Shown one piece after another: positions 11,131-25,600 of a DNA stretch of 64,000 nucleotides; within the stretch, counting starts at the first letter, position 1; each line of letters opens with the position of its first letter. The translations under genes were made by a program, and so were the position numbers. The DNA lies in the NCBI RefSeq assembly GCF_000002075.1, contig NW_004797760.1, positions 164,482-228,481 on the forward strand, given 5' to 3'. The stretch is from Aplysia californica (taxonomy: Eukaryota). The notes under the pieces are model-generated. The model saw only the letters and a program-made list of their open reading frames with translations. It was not told the DNA's origin and did not search any database.

Positions 11131-14100
11131 ATGGACACGTTGTCATCTTCAAGGTTGTAAGCATTCTAATTCTGATTCAGTATTGAAAGTATTTCAGTGA
11201 TTTGAAACCTTGTTTGCTGTTTTGTATTCTTTACAATTGCTTCAGCATAATTTGGGTGGATGTATTTTATAGTCTTGTTTTAAGAAGAGACTACTTGGTT
11301 GAAATTTGAAAAGAATCAAAGCACATTTTTAACTCTTTAAAGCATGCTATTTTTGAACAATTTCTTGAGAACTGGTCTTGCTTCTTAACTTCTAAAAACT
11401 AAACAAGCTCATCGTGAATCAGTGGACACTCTTTCCAGCTCATGCTTTTAGAGCTGCAACCATCATAAAGATAATTGTTTTGCAATTACTGAGTCAGTAT
11501 TGTAGATTGTTGTTCTTGTTTTTGGCGTTTTTGACTCCCAAGTTGTGTTGATGGGAGCATAAGAACACTTGCATTATATTTTACACAAAAAAGCCCACAT
11601 TTTCTTGATGGGAGAGGGGGCATGACACTTTTTCAGTGTTATAATTTTTGCTTTTTTGTATGTTTTTGTTTTATTTGGGCGAGGTTCAATACTCTTAGTT
11701 GGTACTTGTCTAACTTTTTCTTTTGAACTTGAAAAATAAAATGAGATGTTTTGAATAAAGCTTGTAAAAGCTAAAGATTGTGATGCAATGGTGGTACCCT
11801 GAAGTCACGCGTGGTGGTTCAAATTATATCAAAAGGATGGTAAAACATTAACAATCAATAGGTCAATCTCTACAACTTTTCTGGTTGCTGTCAATACTGT
11901 CATCAGATTTCTATAAAATTATAAGAGAATGTATCAAATTTTTTAAAGTGTTTTGGTGTTCCAGCTAGTTTTAGCATGACCATAATTGAGTTTATCAAAA
12001 TGGTTTGATTTTAAAATCATGCTATTTAAGTATTCTGGTGTTTTGAAGGGGTAATGTGTGAAATTTGATCCCTTCCATCTAGGCTTTTGTTTTTAATTAT
12101 TGCTCTTGTATTATCTTTCAGCAATTCATCGGAAGGAGACTCTATAAAAATTTTCCTTCGTGTGAGACCTCCAGATCCAAGCATAAGTGAAAATGACTTT
12201 GCACCCAGAGTATTAGATGTCAATACTGCAGATAATGCTGTCATTTTGAGAACAAAACCAGAGCCAAAGGTTTTCACCTATGACAATGTTGCTGATGCAG
12301 ATATCACCCAGGTAATTATTATGGACGATGTCAGATTTTCACTAAATGCTTTTGTTCCAAAAGTTGTCAGTTCCTTTTGTATCTGACCGGTGAGGTCATG
12401 GTCAGAATGAAAGTCTGATGCATTACAGGTGTTGGAACTGGCTACATGTGATTAAGCAACTGATTATAGGTTAACCGTCGGCCCTAGAAAATAATTTTGA
12501 CTCCAAAATCTTCTTGTGACCGGTTGGTAAACATGTTGTTTTTTTTCAGGATATTGATGAAATTAGTTTTGGCAGGAGGCACTTTATTTTTCAGAAGTGC
12601 AACTTACCTTGTTACTCTTGTATTTTTCTTTGACAGGAAGCTGTATTCTCTATTGTTGGCAAGAAGATCATAGAAAGTTGCATTGCTGGTTACAATGGGA
12701 CTATCTTTGCTTAGTAAGTCTTGTATTTAAGGGCTGAATTAAAGTGTTTGTGCATGTGTGTGGTGTCAATGAAGTGTTTAAGACCGTTGCTTTACATGTT
12801 TTTAGACAGCTCCATTCTAATATGTTTATTTTTCCTTTCGATCTTTGAGGTCATGCTCAACCACACTTAAAGGGGTGGTGCTTTAATTTGTTTTGGTTTC
12901 CTAATTGATGATTTAATCATCTGATTTTCGGGGGGGGGGGGGGGGGGGGGGAAGGGAGGGGGGATTGTTTTTTGCTGCTGGCAAATTGTCTCCAAACGAA
13001 GCATCCAGATGGGTTTATAATATGATAAACAAGGGAGTCTGCTTATACCAAAATCTGCAGGATCGCCTGATTTATTTTTCTGTTTAGAGATTTCTCAAAT
13101 GGCTATGATTGCCGACAGTATAGAGTTAGAAATGTCATTCTTGCGGTAATTTTAACTTTTTGAAAGTTTGTTTTCACATCTACCCCTTTCTGTTACTGCG
13201 AGCTGCAAGCTGTATGCATTTTCAATTTCTACCCCGAATTCAGCGTTCTAAACTGGTGTTGTACTTGAGGGTTTTTCACTTTATGAGCCTACGGTACTGT
13301 AAATGTTGAATAATTGAACAACCGCACATGTACATGAAGTATTATTTTTCAATTAAAATTGTCTTTATTTCACAGTGGCCAGACTGGATCTGGTAAAACA
13401 TTCACAATGCTTGGTAAGTAAAAAATGGGCTTTTCTTGACAGGATTATTCCTCCTTTTGTGATGCTAGAGAGAGTGAGAGAGAGAGAGAGAAAGAGGATC
13501 ACTATCGGAGCTTTGCACTGCATATGTTCTTTGTATTATTGTACAGCGCATTGAGCACTTCTTTGTTGAAATGCGCTATATAAATGCAATTTATTATTAT
13601 TATTATTATTAGTTCATATTGTGGGAACTGTTTTCAGGTTTAAATGATTATTTGTGCTTGACATCAACAGAAATCTATGAATTTAAATTTCATATTTCTT
13701 TCCTTTATATAATGACAGTACAAGCTTATCTAATGATCATCTGTCCAAGACAATCACTTGTAGAGATGACAACTTCCCACCTTACGTTTAAAAAAATTGT
13801 ATTGACACTGTCCTAGATGTCCACCTGCCTAAGACAACCACTATTCTCCTTGACAATGGGTGTCCATTTTGGACTATTTCGACTGTAATTGGAATCAAAG
13901 TGCCTTTTATGATGTGAAATATTTGTGCCGGACTTCACGAATCTTATAATGTCAATTGCCTCTCATGAAATTGATGACAAGATGGCATATACAACATTTG
14001 CTTGATATGTAATATAATGTGAGTGTTCTTTAGCAATTTCCTGAAAAACAAGGTCATTGTCTTACGACAAGGACTCTTGTGCCCTTTTGTTGTAGACTCT

Positions 14101-17100
14101 TATGCCCTTTTGTTGTAGACTCTCATTGCCTTTTGTTGTAGACTCTTATGCCCTTTTGTTGTAGACTCTTATGCCCTTTTGTTGTAGACTCTCATGCCCT
14201 TTTGTTGTAGACTCTCATGCCCTTTTGTTGTAGACTCTTATGCCCTTTTGTTGTAGACTCTTATGCCCTTTTGTTGTAGACTCTCATGCCCTTTTGTTGT
14301 AGACTCTTATGCCCTTTTGTTGTAGACTCTCATGCCCTTTTGTTGTAGACTCTCATGCCCTTTTGTTGTAGACTCTTATGCCCTTTTGTTGTAGACTCTT
14401 ATGCCCTTTTGTTGTAGACTCTCATGCCCTTTTGTTGTAGACTTATGCCCTTTTGTTGTGTCAGCTGTGAAGAGTTAGTTGCCTTGTAACCATAAATTTA
14501 GTTAGTTTTCACAGCCTATTAGTTGTTGATCTTCTTTGTTATTCTTGTTATTATGGCTCCCAAGTTACTGTAGAGCTTGCTTCTAAGAGGCAATGGCTCT
14601 GGCCATGTGGCTGCTTTGAGTCGGTCTTGCATTGGGCATTCCTAAAGCAAATGATCTGTGGTCACATTTTTCTTCATCTCAGCTGTTTTTCTCTAAATAT
14701 AAGAAGGATGATAGAATATCATCAGTGTACTTTAAAGTGGTTTGAAACATAGTTTCTGATGTTGCTAACAGTTATAACTCTAACATTCTTGTTGTAATCC
14801 TTGAAAAAAGCATTGTTATTGTACACTTATAGAACATACGTCACCCCCCGGGTGGTGCTACTGACTAGTGTCTTTAGGCCATTCCGAGGGGGAGGGGGGG
14901 GGGGGGCATTAACATGTTCTTATGCTCGGTAGAATTATAAATGGGCTGATTCATTAATGTCATGCTCATAACTGTGCTTGAACTGCATATGGGGAACTGC
15001 TGCTTTTTCTTTCCTAATCCTTACTTTTGTCATTTTCTTCTACCTCTTTTGTATGTTTGTCACTCTCTTGACTCTTTGTGACCCGCCATTTCCAGGGTGC
15101 CTTGATAGTTGAAGCAGACTTTGTGCTGTTGAAGCTAGAGAGGTGAGCAGAGTAAGTCTGATTCCCTGTTTGGACTTTTCTATTGTCATCCAGCCCTTTT
15201 AGCTCATATGACCTTATACAGTTGCGAGCGCCGTAAAAACTCTACTAAACAAAAAGAACATACCTTTAAAAGATCTGGTACTCTTCCAGGTCCTTCTGAG
15301 AATTCTGACAGTTTCAAGCATGAGCTACGAGGTGTTATTCCTCGAAGTTTTGAATACCTCTTCAACCTTATTGCCCACCAGGCAGAACTAGTAAGTCAGG
15401 CATTCATTTTTACATGTAAAGTTAATCAAGGTGTATAATTTCACGTACTTTTGTTGTAATTCTTTGAGAAATTAATATGTGGCTGTGCAGCACTACACCA
15501 GTAAAATATATCCACCTTCATTGTAAATACTTTGATGATTGTAGTATGTTCAACTGATTTCGACTAATAAGATTCAAGCTTTTTCCATGGCAGAAATAAA
15601 TTTTTGAGTGAGAGACAGAAAATGATATACATCCTCGTAGTAATTAAATATTTATGTCTTGGCACATTTCAAACTTGGCAGTGCATTGTCTCTAAGATTA
15701 AGATTTTGTTACTTTTATCCACTTTTGTTGTCATTCTATTAGCTTTGAGAAATATGCTGAGAATAAGTTTTTGTTTTTGTTAACTGACAAAACATTTGCT
15801 TGTTAAGAAGAATGTGAAACAGTAAGTTTTGCAGTGAAATGCAGTTCATATTATTCCTTTTCTTAACTGCTATTTTCTATTCCCTTTTCCAGCATGGCAC
15901 TAAAAAACAGTTCTTGTGCCGATGTTCCTTCTTGGAAATTTATCAGGAGCAAATTTTCGACCTCCTGGATCCGGCTTCCCAGGGCCTTCACTTACGAGAA
16001 AACATGAACAAAGGAGTGTTTGTTGATGGCTTGATAGAGCAAGTTATCTGCAACCCTGGTGACGCCTATCAGGTGAAAAAGACATCTACATTTGCATTGG
16101 TTGAATAACATATGGTCATGAAGATTTTTAGTTTTATGAGTGATTTGGTTTGGCTGCATGTCAGTATATGAGGAAGAAGAAAATGGTAGTTCAGGGTGGG
16201 TTGTATATGAATTAAGTAAAGGAAATTAGAAGAAGATTGAAAACATGAGACTGAAATTACACTTTTATATTTCCTAAATATGAAAACTCATCTCTTTTTG
16301 TTGTGAAATTCCTCAGTTTTTAATATGTAGATTGATTTGAAACTCTACTTTTTATGTTTTGAAGTTTGAAAATGATAAAAGAAGAGCAAACATATAGTTT
16401 TTATTCCAGGTGAAAAAATATATTTTGCTGACATACAATTTAAAGTTGGACTTTGGATATTCTTATAGTATAATTAAATTTGTTCCCCCCGTGGCGGTGC
16501 TACTGACTGAAGTGTCTTTAGGCCATTCCCAAAGGCGGGACATTAACGTGTTTTATGCACAGTATAATTGTAAATGGGCTGATTCATCAATGTCATGCTC
16601 ATAACTGTGCCTGGACTGCAACGGGAACTGCTGCTTTTTCTTTCCTAATCCTTACTATCGTCATTTTCCCTCTACTTTTTTGGTATGTTTGTCTCACTCT
16701 TGTGGCCTTCTATTTCCGGGGTGCCTTGATAGTCGAAGCAGACTTTGTGCTGTTGAAGCTTGAGAGGTGAGCAGAGTAAGCCTGATTCCCTGTTAGGACT
16801 TCTCTGTTGACATCCACCCCTTGGCGCTCATATGACCGCATGCAGTTGCGAGCGCCGTAAAACCTCTACTAAAACTGAAATTTGTCTTTCTTATTTCTCA
16901 GGTTTTGATCATGGGATGGCTGAATAGAAGAGTGGCTGCCACATCAATGAACAGGGAAAGCTCAAGGTCTCATGCTGTTTTTACAGTCACAATAGAATCA
17001 AAGGTGAAAAAGACAATTTTCTTTTTTCTCAAAGTGTCGTCTATGTACGCTGATTTGTCTATTTTGGGAGATTAAGTTTTTCTTGATATATGAAACTACT

Positions 17101-20100
17101 CAGACCTTTTTATGTAAGTAAAAGACACAACTGAAGTGAAAAAAGCAATATCATGCTAGAATGTAATTTCTCATCACTTTGGAGGATTTTGATGTGAACA
17201 TGTATTGTAAAATCTGCAAAAACAATTGAGTTAAGAGTACCCATATTGATAATGTTACTTAAAAAATTTCAGGAAGATGATTGTGGCGTTCAGAATATCA
17301 GAACATCTCAACTCAATCTAGTTGATCTGGCTGGATCAGAAAGACAGAAAGACACAAATACTGGAGGAACTCGCCTAAAGGTAAAAAGATTCTGGCTTGG
17401 CTCATTGTGATGTTCACGTGTTGCTCAATGCTTAATTAGTGATGGTGAGAAATTGCTGTTCTTTCCTAACAACAAAATTTGTCATGTCATTTATTAACCC
17501 TTCCAGCCCCATGCGCATATATTTTCAGCAGTGCTTGTACCTCCCTCCGTCCCAAGAGCGTATATTCTCAGTTTCGGGGGGTACAAATTTCGTGCATTTT
17601 TCGAAATTAGCGAACTTAATTAAACTTTAATTTTCTTATTATTTGTTAATTTACCTTTAAAAATTGGTATATGTTATTATCAAAGCTACATTACAAAGAT
17701 ACTACATCACTTTTTAGAATGAATGCCTCTTTTTCTGAAATAATGCTATGTTGGCTGGGACTGGGGTTAGGGAGTGCACAAAAATGGCTGGGGCTGGAAG
17801 GGTTAAGTCATTCCCCACGATCCAACACATATGTGGTATGCTACAAAACTTGGCACTCTGAGTTGTACACCTCACGGCCCGCTGCATGCTGCATTGAAGT
17901 GTTTTTTACTATTATGAGAAGGGAGTAGACTAAGATCACTTTTTTGTCCAATCAAAACTTGTATGAAATTTATTGCTTTTTGTCTCTCCCTCTTTTCCTG
18001 CATGAAATAATGGTTATTGTTTTGAACATCCAACATTTTTATTTCCTATATTGTTATGTTTGTTATTACATAAGCTGAGAAGATATGCCTATTTCGAAAG
18101 TACTTAAACGAAGAGACCACAAAAACACTGGTAACATCTCTTATCCTATCTAGATTAGACTATTTTAACTCACTCCTAGCAGGTCTGAACATTAATATTT
18201 TAATAGTTTACAAGTCATTCAAAACAATGCCGCTAGACTGATAACAAGATCTAAAAAACGAGACCATGTCACTCCACTATTAAAAGAACTGCATTGGCTC
18301 CCTGTAAAAGAAAGAATAATATTTAAAATCTGTGTCACGTGTTTCAAATGTGTAAATAAAAGTGTTCCTTTTTATCTACAAGAACTTATCAGTATATATA
18401 AGCCAGATAGGAAACCTAAGATCATCAAACGATAACACCCTACTTGTGACAGCCGTAAAATCATACAAATCATATGGAGAGAGATCTTTCTCATATCTTG
18501 GTCCGTTCGTGTGGAACAGATTATCCATGGAGCTAAGACAAACAAGAACACTTGATAGCTTCAAAAGACATCTTAAGCATTTTCTGTTCCTACAGGCCTA
18601 TCCTTCATAAGCTTTTAACGTTATTTTTTATTATAGTTCTGTGCCTATATCTGAATGAAAATAGTCCGTGTGTGTGTGTGTGTGCATAAATATATATTGC
18701 AGAAAATTGGTATTCCAATGTAAAGCGCATTGAGCTACTTTTTTGGAAATGCGCTATATAAATGTTATATATTATTATTATTATTATTATTATTACTGTT
18801 TGTGCTGATAAGTGTATATTGTGCATTTCAGGAGGCTGGCAGCATCAACAAGTCGCTGTCTGTGCTGGGCAATGTCATCATGTCACTGGTGGACTTAAGT
18901 CATGGCAGAAAACGTCATATACCGTACAGAGACTCGAAGCTCACTTTCCTCCTAAGGGTTAGTTTTTGTCGATGACTATAAACAATGTTTCATCAGCCCA
19001 TCAAGGAGGATGTCTTAGACAGGTGGACATCTTGACAGTGTCCAAATCTTACTGAATAGGGAGATGCCAACTGTAAATTGAATAGTCTGGCTACTCCTGA
19101 GTCTGAGTTGATCAAATTGAAAGAAGCGTACTGTTGCAAGGATATGAGACTGATTTTTGTGAGGGCATTTGACATGTTGAGAACATCCACTGAACTTGAA
19201 AGAAGTAAAAGTAGTTATTTGTTAGCATAATCATCCACCTGTTGTTTTCTTGTGTCTGACTTGTTTTCTGTCCTGCTGACTAAGTCTTTATCTTATGATT
19301 TCTGATTCCAACAGGATTCTCTTGGAGGAAACACAAAAACAAGAATGATTGCCTGTGTTCATCCTGATTCCAAGTAAGCTTATATTAACAGACTTTTAAA
19401 AAATTTCCTGATTTGTGTGATATAATGTATTTTACCTGCCAGCCCCTTTAGAATATTATTTATCCAGGTTGACTTGGTGGGATGGGTAGTAGAATTCACG
19501 TTTGTTTTCTGCTGATTCTATAATCATTTCTCCTGAATTAAAAGATTCATATGGATCTTTTTTATATTTTTGATAAACAGTCTCACCCATTTTGTCCATT
19601 CTATAATATTTCATTACGACAAAAGCTAGTAACTTATTGCTGTCTGGATGTATGTCAAGTGTGCTGCTCTAGATGTGGCATACTGCATTAGGAATACAGT
19701 TTATCTCGAGGCATTGGATTTGCATGCACTACATTCTCTCAGGCTCTTTGCAAAGGGGTTTGAAGGGTGCAAGAACCCTCTATAGTTCTAACACAAGACA
19801 CACCCCAGATGAGACGAATGTCTGGTCCTGAAGTGGCACCGTCTTGATTCTGCGTGTAATTTTCTTCTATTTCAGATGCTTTGGGGAAACTTTGAGTACT
19901 TTGAACTTTGCTCGGAGTGCTAAGCTCATTAAAAATAAGGCAAGTATTGTATTCTCTATGATTCGTATGTCTTTGACTTCTAGTCTGTATCATGTAGCTC
20001 TCATGGGCAATTCACTTTTGTATTTTTATTTTATTTTTATTTTTTTGGTTGCATAGCAATTGACCTACAAAATTAGACAGCTCACTCTTTCAGAAAGAAA

Positions 20101-22561
20101 CTCATTTGCTAATGTTGTGGGTTATGTGTGGGTGGTTGGCGGGTGCTCTGGTGTGGTTTGCTTCTTCTTTCCTATCAAACATCTATCGTCCTTATCTCCC
20201 CTTCTTCTTTTTTATGTTTGTTACTCTCTTGTAAAACCTCTAATCTTCTGGCGCTCATATGACCTTATGCTGTTGCGAGCGCCATAAACCCTCTACTAAA
20301 ACTAAAACTAACTGTGGGTTATTTTCTTCAAATATTGTTGTTTCTTGGGCTCATCATGTGCTGAGAACTTACTATAATAATGTGGATGAAATTTTCCTGT
20401 TCGCTGTGATCAGTTTTGTTCCCATAAGCAACATTTTTGTGGGGAGGGAGTCGTTGGTAGGTTTGCAGATGTTTTCTGGTCCTTCTGCTTGTTTATAACA
20501 TTTTTACAGCCCTGTTGTGTTCCTGGAGACATGTGAATGATATTGTTACTGTTCATTTGTAAATCACTGCTCAACACCCAGGACTCCTTTATGGAAAAGA
20601 ACATTCTTTAATTATGAAAAAGACTGCAACATCAGATGAGTTAGACTGCATCAATACAGCTTTGATTGCTGTACATGCCTTGCATACACATCAGTTATGT
20701 GTGACAGGGCATGAACAGACCTGGGAAACAACTTTTTTCAACGCTCGGAGCCTGTGTACTTTAATCAGGGTTGAGCGCTATATAAATGCCATATATTATC
20801 TTATTATTTTTACATATTTTTTTTTCAGGTGAACTCAAAGACTGCTGTATGAATCACCCTTGTATTTGTTTGTCTAGTTAAGCCAGCAACGGCTTTCCAT
20901 GTGTGTTAGTTTGGAGTCAGTGGTTTATGATTTTTCCCCTTAGGCTGTGGTGAATGAAGACTTCCATGGCAGTAACCTGAAACTACAGAATGAGATACGT
21001 CGACTGAAGGAGTTGTTGGAATCACAACAGAATGCCTCTCCGCCTGTGGAAAACCTTCTCACCCTTCCGAATGAAGGTCTCTTCACCATTTCAAATATTT
21101 GCTTTCTAGCCCTTTATTCGGATTTTTAAACTTAACCTTTGCGTTTCTGTACAGCTTGTTTTCTCAGAATGTTTACATTTTCCTCATTTTGTTCTTGGGT
21201 TTTCTCTTTTAATGTTTGTATGTTGATCTATCTCCAGATTGAAACTATCTCAAACTAATATAGTGGATATTATTCTGTCTCTTCATATGTGGAGCTGCAA
21301 TGTATTACTTTGAGCTGGTAGTTAGTGGGTGATCTGCTGTGGTCAGCCCTATCTTGCTATTGTCAGTTTTATCGCTTATTCTTCCTTTCTCTCCTCTGTT
21401 GTTTCTGTCTGTGTATCTCTCTCTGTCCGTGGACTAGATGACTGTACCGTTATCATGTGAGTAGGATTCTCTTTGCTCATATTTACATATATTTAAGCTA
21501 AAAATAATACCCTGATCCACTCCTGACAAGAGTATTCTTTATAATGCTGACCCTCAAGATTTACAAATTCAGCAACATATCATGAGTTGATTTTGTCCTT
21601 TGGTTGCAGATTTTTTTAGCAAACAATAATACTTCATGCTAAAAGCGAAATGGTTTTTTGGTTTCTCCAGCTGCCATGAACTCGGATTCTGTCTGGAAAA
21701 AAAATTTCATTGAAGCCATGCACTTCCGAGAAATTTCGGAAAGTGAGAAAACGGTGAGTTTGCAATGTGAATCGTAGTAGTAAAAATGATTTTTTTAAAT
21801 CAACGTCACAGACAAAAGATTTTCATTGACAAAAATGACCCCTTTCATTGGTGGAGCTTTAAAAGTGTGATGAAATAAGATAAATGCTTCTGTGTATTTT
21901 GTGCCACATTTCTTTTTACATCTTAGTGTGTAGAAACTTTTTCAATAATGCTTATGTAAGTATATCAATTTTAGGATGCAAGTATGTGCTTTGATGGGCT
22001 TGCAAAACATTTAGAGAATCCTTTAAAAGATCAGTTTATTTTTTTTTTTCATTTTTGTGACACATTTAATTTCCGTTTAGTTTACATCGAGTCCAATATA
22101 TTCATGCATAAAGACTAAGACTTTGGTTGAGGATATAAGAATAAATTATTTACATGTTTAACATTTTATTCTACATACCATTCTATAATACTACATTTTT
22201 CTGTTGGTTTCTAAATGCCATGAATGTCCATGTGTTGTCAGGCCTTGCAGGATGTTGTGAATCACCTCCAAGAACTATGCAACAAAAAAGACAAATACAT
22301 TCAGTCTACCAAGATGATCATAAAGTTCCGGGAGAACCACATCCAAAGTCTGCAGCAGGCAGCTCAGGGTTATACAGAGCTAGAGAAAGACACTGTAGTG
22401 GTGAGTCATGACATAACAGTGGGCTTCCCCCCCCCCCCCCCCCCGGTTATTTTTCAATGTTTTTTAGTGAGTGAAATACTGTAATGGGGAGTTTTGGTTG
22501 AGGTGCATGTTGTATCTTTGTTGGTTATAATTTCAGGTGTACAAATTCATCAGTGGGAGGG

Positions 22562-22618
<57 letters not shown>

Positions 22619-25600
22619 GGTGCTGTGGCTTCATAAACGGTCAGCGATGCGGACAGCACGCAGGAACTCAACACTCGCCCGGGGGTCCTTAAAAAGTGCT
22701 GAAAGTGGGTTACTGAGTCCCAGCAGACGGGTTGGGAGGGAGGTGGCAAGAGCAAGACTTTTTTCTTTTTTCACTATCGACCTTAAGGATGGAATGTTCA
22801 AAGAAACAAGACACTCTGAAAGTTCAGGGATTTAGATGGAAGATTTCATTTTTGAGTTTTAAAGACAGATTCTCCACAGCAAATGTTCACTTTACGGGGT
22901 CTCCCCTGTACCATAGCTGCCAACCTTCAAGACTATATTTTTAAAGTTTGGCTGTTTTTTTTGCCCCAGCTTTGCATTTCGATAAAATTTATACATTTCT
23001 TTTCTCAGTAGTTACTCATTGTTTGATTTTGATTTTGCATGAGTTAATGCCCTGCTAGGCACTTAGGGTAATTCCTAGAGGGGAGTTTCCCATATGGTTA
23101 TATTGAAAAAATCTAATATTTTCTGGACGGTCAACAGATGGATACAATAGAGCTTGACACCAGATATAGTAAATATGGAGAAAAGATACCACCCTTGTAC
23201 TATAAATATAAAGGCTGTAGGTTTATGAGTAGCACTTTATCAACAGATGAACTGTATTGTTGTAATAGACATTCATTTTCCCAGAAGTCTCTGCGTGATG
23301 AAATCAAGGTTTTGAGACAACAACTGGAGAACAACCCGATGCTGGCCAAGTATGCTGGGGAAAACAAACACTTGCGCAGTGAGCTGAAGCGGCTGAGGTC
23401 TCAGGAGTCTGTGGCAGACGAGTTCGGGGATAGCTTCCGGATCAGTCAGCTGGAAAAGATTTTCAAGGAGCTGAAACTGTTGAAAGGTGTGATTTTTTTT
23501 CTTTCTCCCAATTCTGCTTGCTATAAAAGAGTATTTTCAAAACGGGAGCAACAAAATACCAAGTTTTGTGCGTTACATCATTCTTGATTGCTTCATTGTC
23601 ATTGTCTTCATTGTCATCTTCAGATTGAATTTGGGAGAAGGATTTTATGGATTTGCCTTTCAGTGATTTATCGACTGTTTTTTTTCAGGACATGGAAACA
23701 GGGAACAAAACAGAAGCATTTTGGAATTATATAATAACCAAAGTTCCAAATGTTCTCCTGCGTATTATTTAGAAAAGTTTGTTAAGGTGTTGCACTTAAC
23801 CCAGACTGAAGTTCATAAAGTATATGGGTTATATGCAAGATAGATGTCGCAGTAAGTGTCACTCATAATGATCCATTTTGTTGTATACAGCAGAGTGAAA
23901 CTAGCCAAGATGTTCGTGGAGGTATCAAAAGTTCTCTGAACGCTGCTCCTGAAATATAGCCTAGATAGCAAAATGCTTCAAATTATGTGTGTGAATTCAC
24001 ACTGTTTAGTTACAATACACTTTGCATACTAAATGTACATTTTTTAAAAATAAACAAATCTAAGTAAAGGCCATTTCTGTGTTTCATTATGTGCAAATTT
24101 AATGAGAGGTCCAGGAGTGTTTTCCTTGTTTGCTATAACAGACAATGAACCAAAAATTAAAACGCCAATACTATTGCCCAATTCTTCCAAAGTAACTGCA
24201 ATCACTAACCCAATTTTCTTTTCTAATGGAGGTAGAGCACTAATTTACTGGCAGCGGGTCTCTTTTGGTCTGACTGAGTTACAAGTTCACATATGACTGT
24301 CTTGCAACCTTCGAGGTTAAAAGATGGAAAAAAAATATTTTGTGTGGATATATTGTTTTTATTAACTTTTTTCCCATTATAATGTTTAATCTGCTCTTGA
24401 ATTCATGTTTGATAATTCTTAGCTCTAAGTTATTATTTGTTCTCAATGCTTTAGAGATGTCATGGGACAGCATAGTTAGCATCTTGTATACGACTGATTT
24501 CTTTTTGCATGGCCTCTGTAATTCAGCAAACTGACGCTTTAGCTTTTTATTAAGTCAGTTGGTTAGAAAAACTTGGAGTGCAATCACAAAATACTCTAGT
24601 AGTATGTTCAGCACTGTTATTATGCTTTAGAAAAACTTGGAGTGCAATCACAAAATACTCTAGAACGTTCAGCACTGTTATTATGCTTTAGAAAAACTTG
24701 GAGTGCAATCACAAAATACTCTAGTACTTTCAGCACTGTTATTATGCTTTAGAAAAACTTGGAGTGCAATCACAAAATACTCTAGTAGTACGTTCAGCAC
24801 TGTTATTATGCTCAATGAATATTGTTTGTCCTCACGTTTTCTTGATGTATTTTAAAAATTCGTAATGCTGACTGTTTCTCAGAAATGAAGGGAGGGAATA
24901 CGGCTGCAGCAAGTGTCAGATCTTCACCTATGAAAGATGGAGTGCCAGCTGCTACTCTAGAGAAGCATCGCAAAGAGATCAAGGAACACCAAGAACAGAT
25001 TGAGCAGGTTTGGGAAATAAAATGGCTTTATATTTATTCCCACTGGGGTTTTTTTTTTTTCTTCTCAACGTTTTACAATATTTTTGTCTTGAGTAGCTTT
25101 TTCATGAATAATCTGGCAACTTTATTTCTTAAATTAATGAGGTTCATTCCTTAGCATTTTTGCCTGGTCTTAGCTGTGCATATTCAAGGCATGTTTTTCT
25201 GTTCTTTTTTTAAATCCTGTTGACCTGTGTAACCATTAAAATTTAGCAAATTCCAAGCAACAATATTTATCCTTGTTGGTTATAAAAAATATTTTGCTGT
25301 ATAGGATAAATTAGCTGTGAAGACTGGAGTTCAGGTCAGTGCATATGATTATTTTGTACTTTTTAAAAGGGTTAATGATTCCTGCTCACGTAATTGATAA
25401 TTGCTACGGTATTGTATTGGATGGTATTGGAATATTTCTGTTACAGAATAGTATTAAGGATATGCAGTCCATTTTTTATTTTTTGTGAGCTAAGCTATTC
25501 TCTAAAAACAGAAGATGTGTTTTTTCTAAGCATTTACAATGTCGTGGTATTTTAAGACAATTTCTGAAAACTGTTTCAGCTGAAACAACAAGTCCTGGAA

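Noticed and set aside
14072-14459. CRISPR-like appearance of the 23-bp array
   Set aside because: Units abut with no unique spacers, in a eukaryotic intron with no cas genes; it is a minisatellite.
24563-24812. Repeat array with short variable segments
   Set aside because: The variable parts are only 3-8-nt indel variants of one unit; an ordinary tandem repeat.
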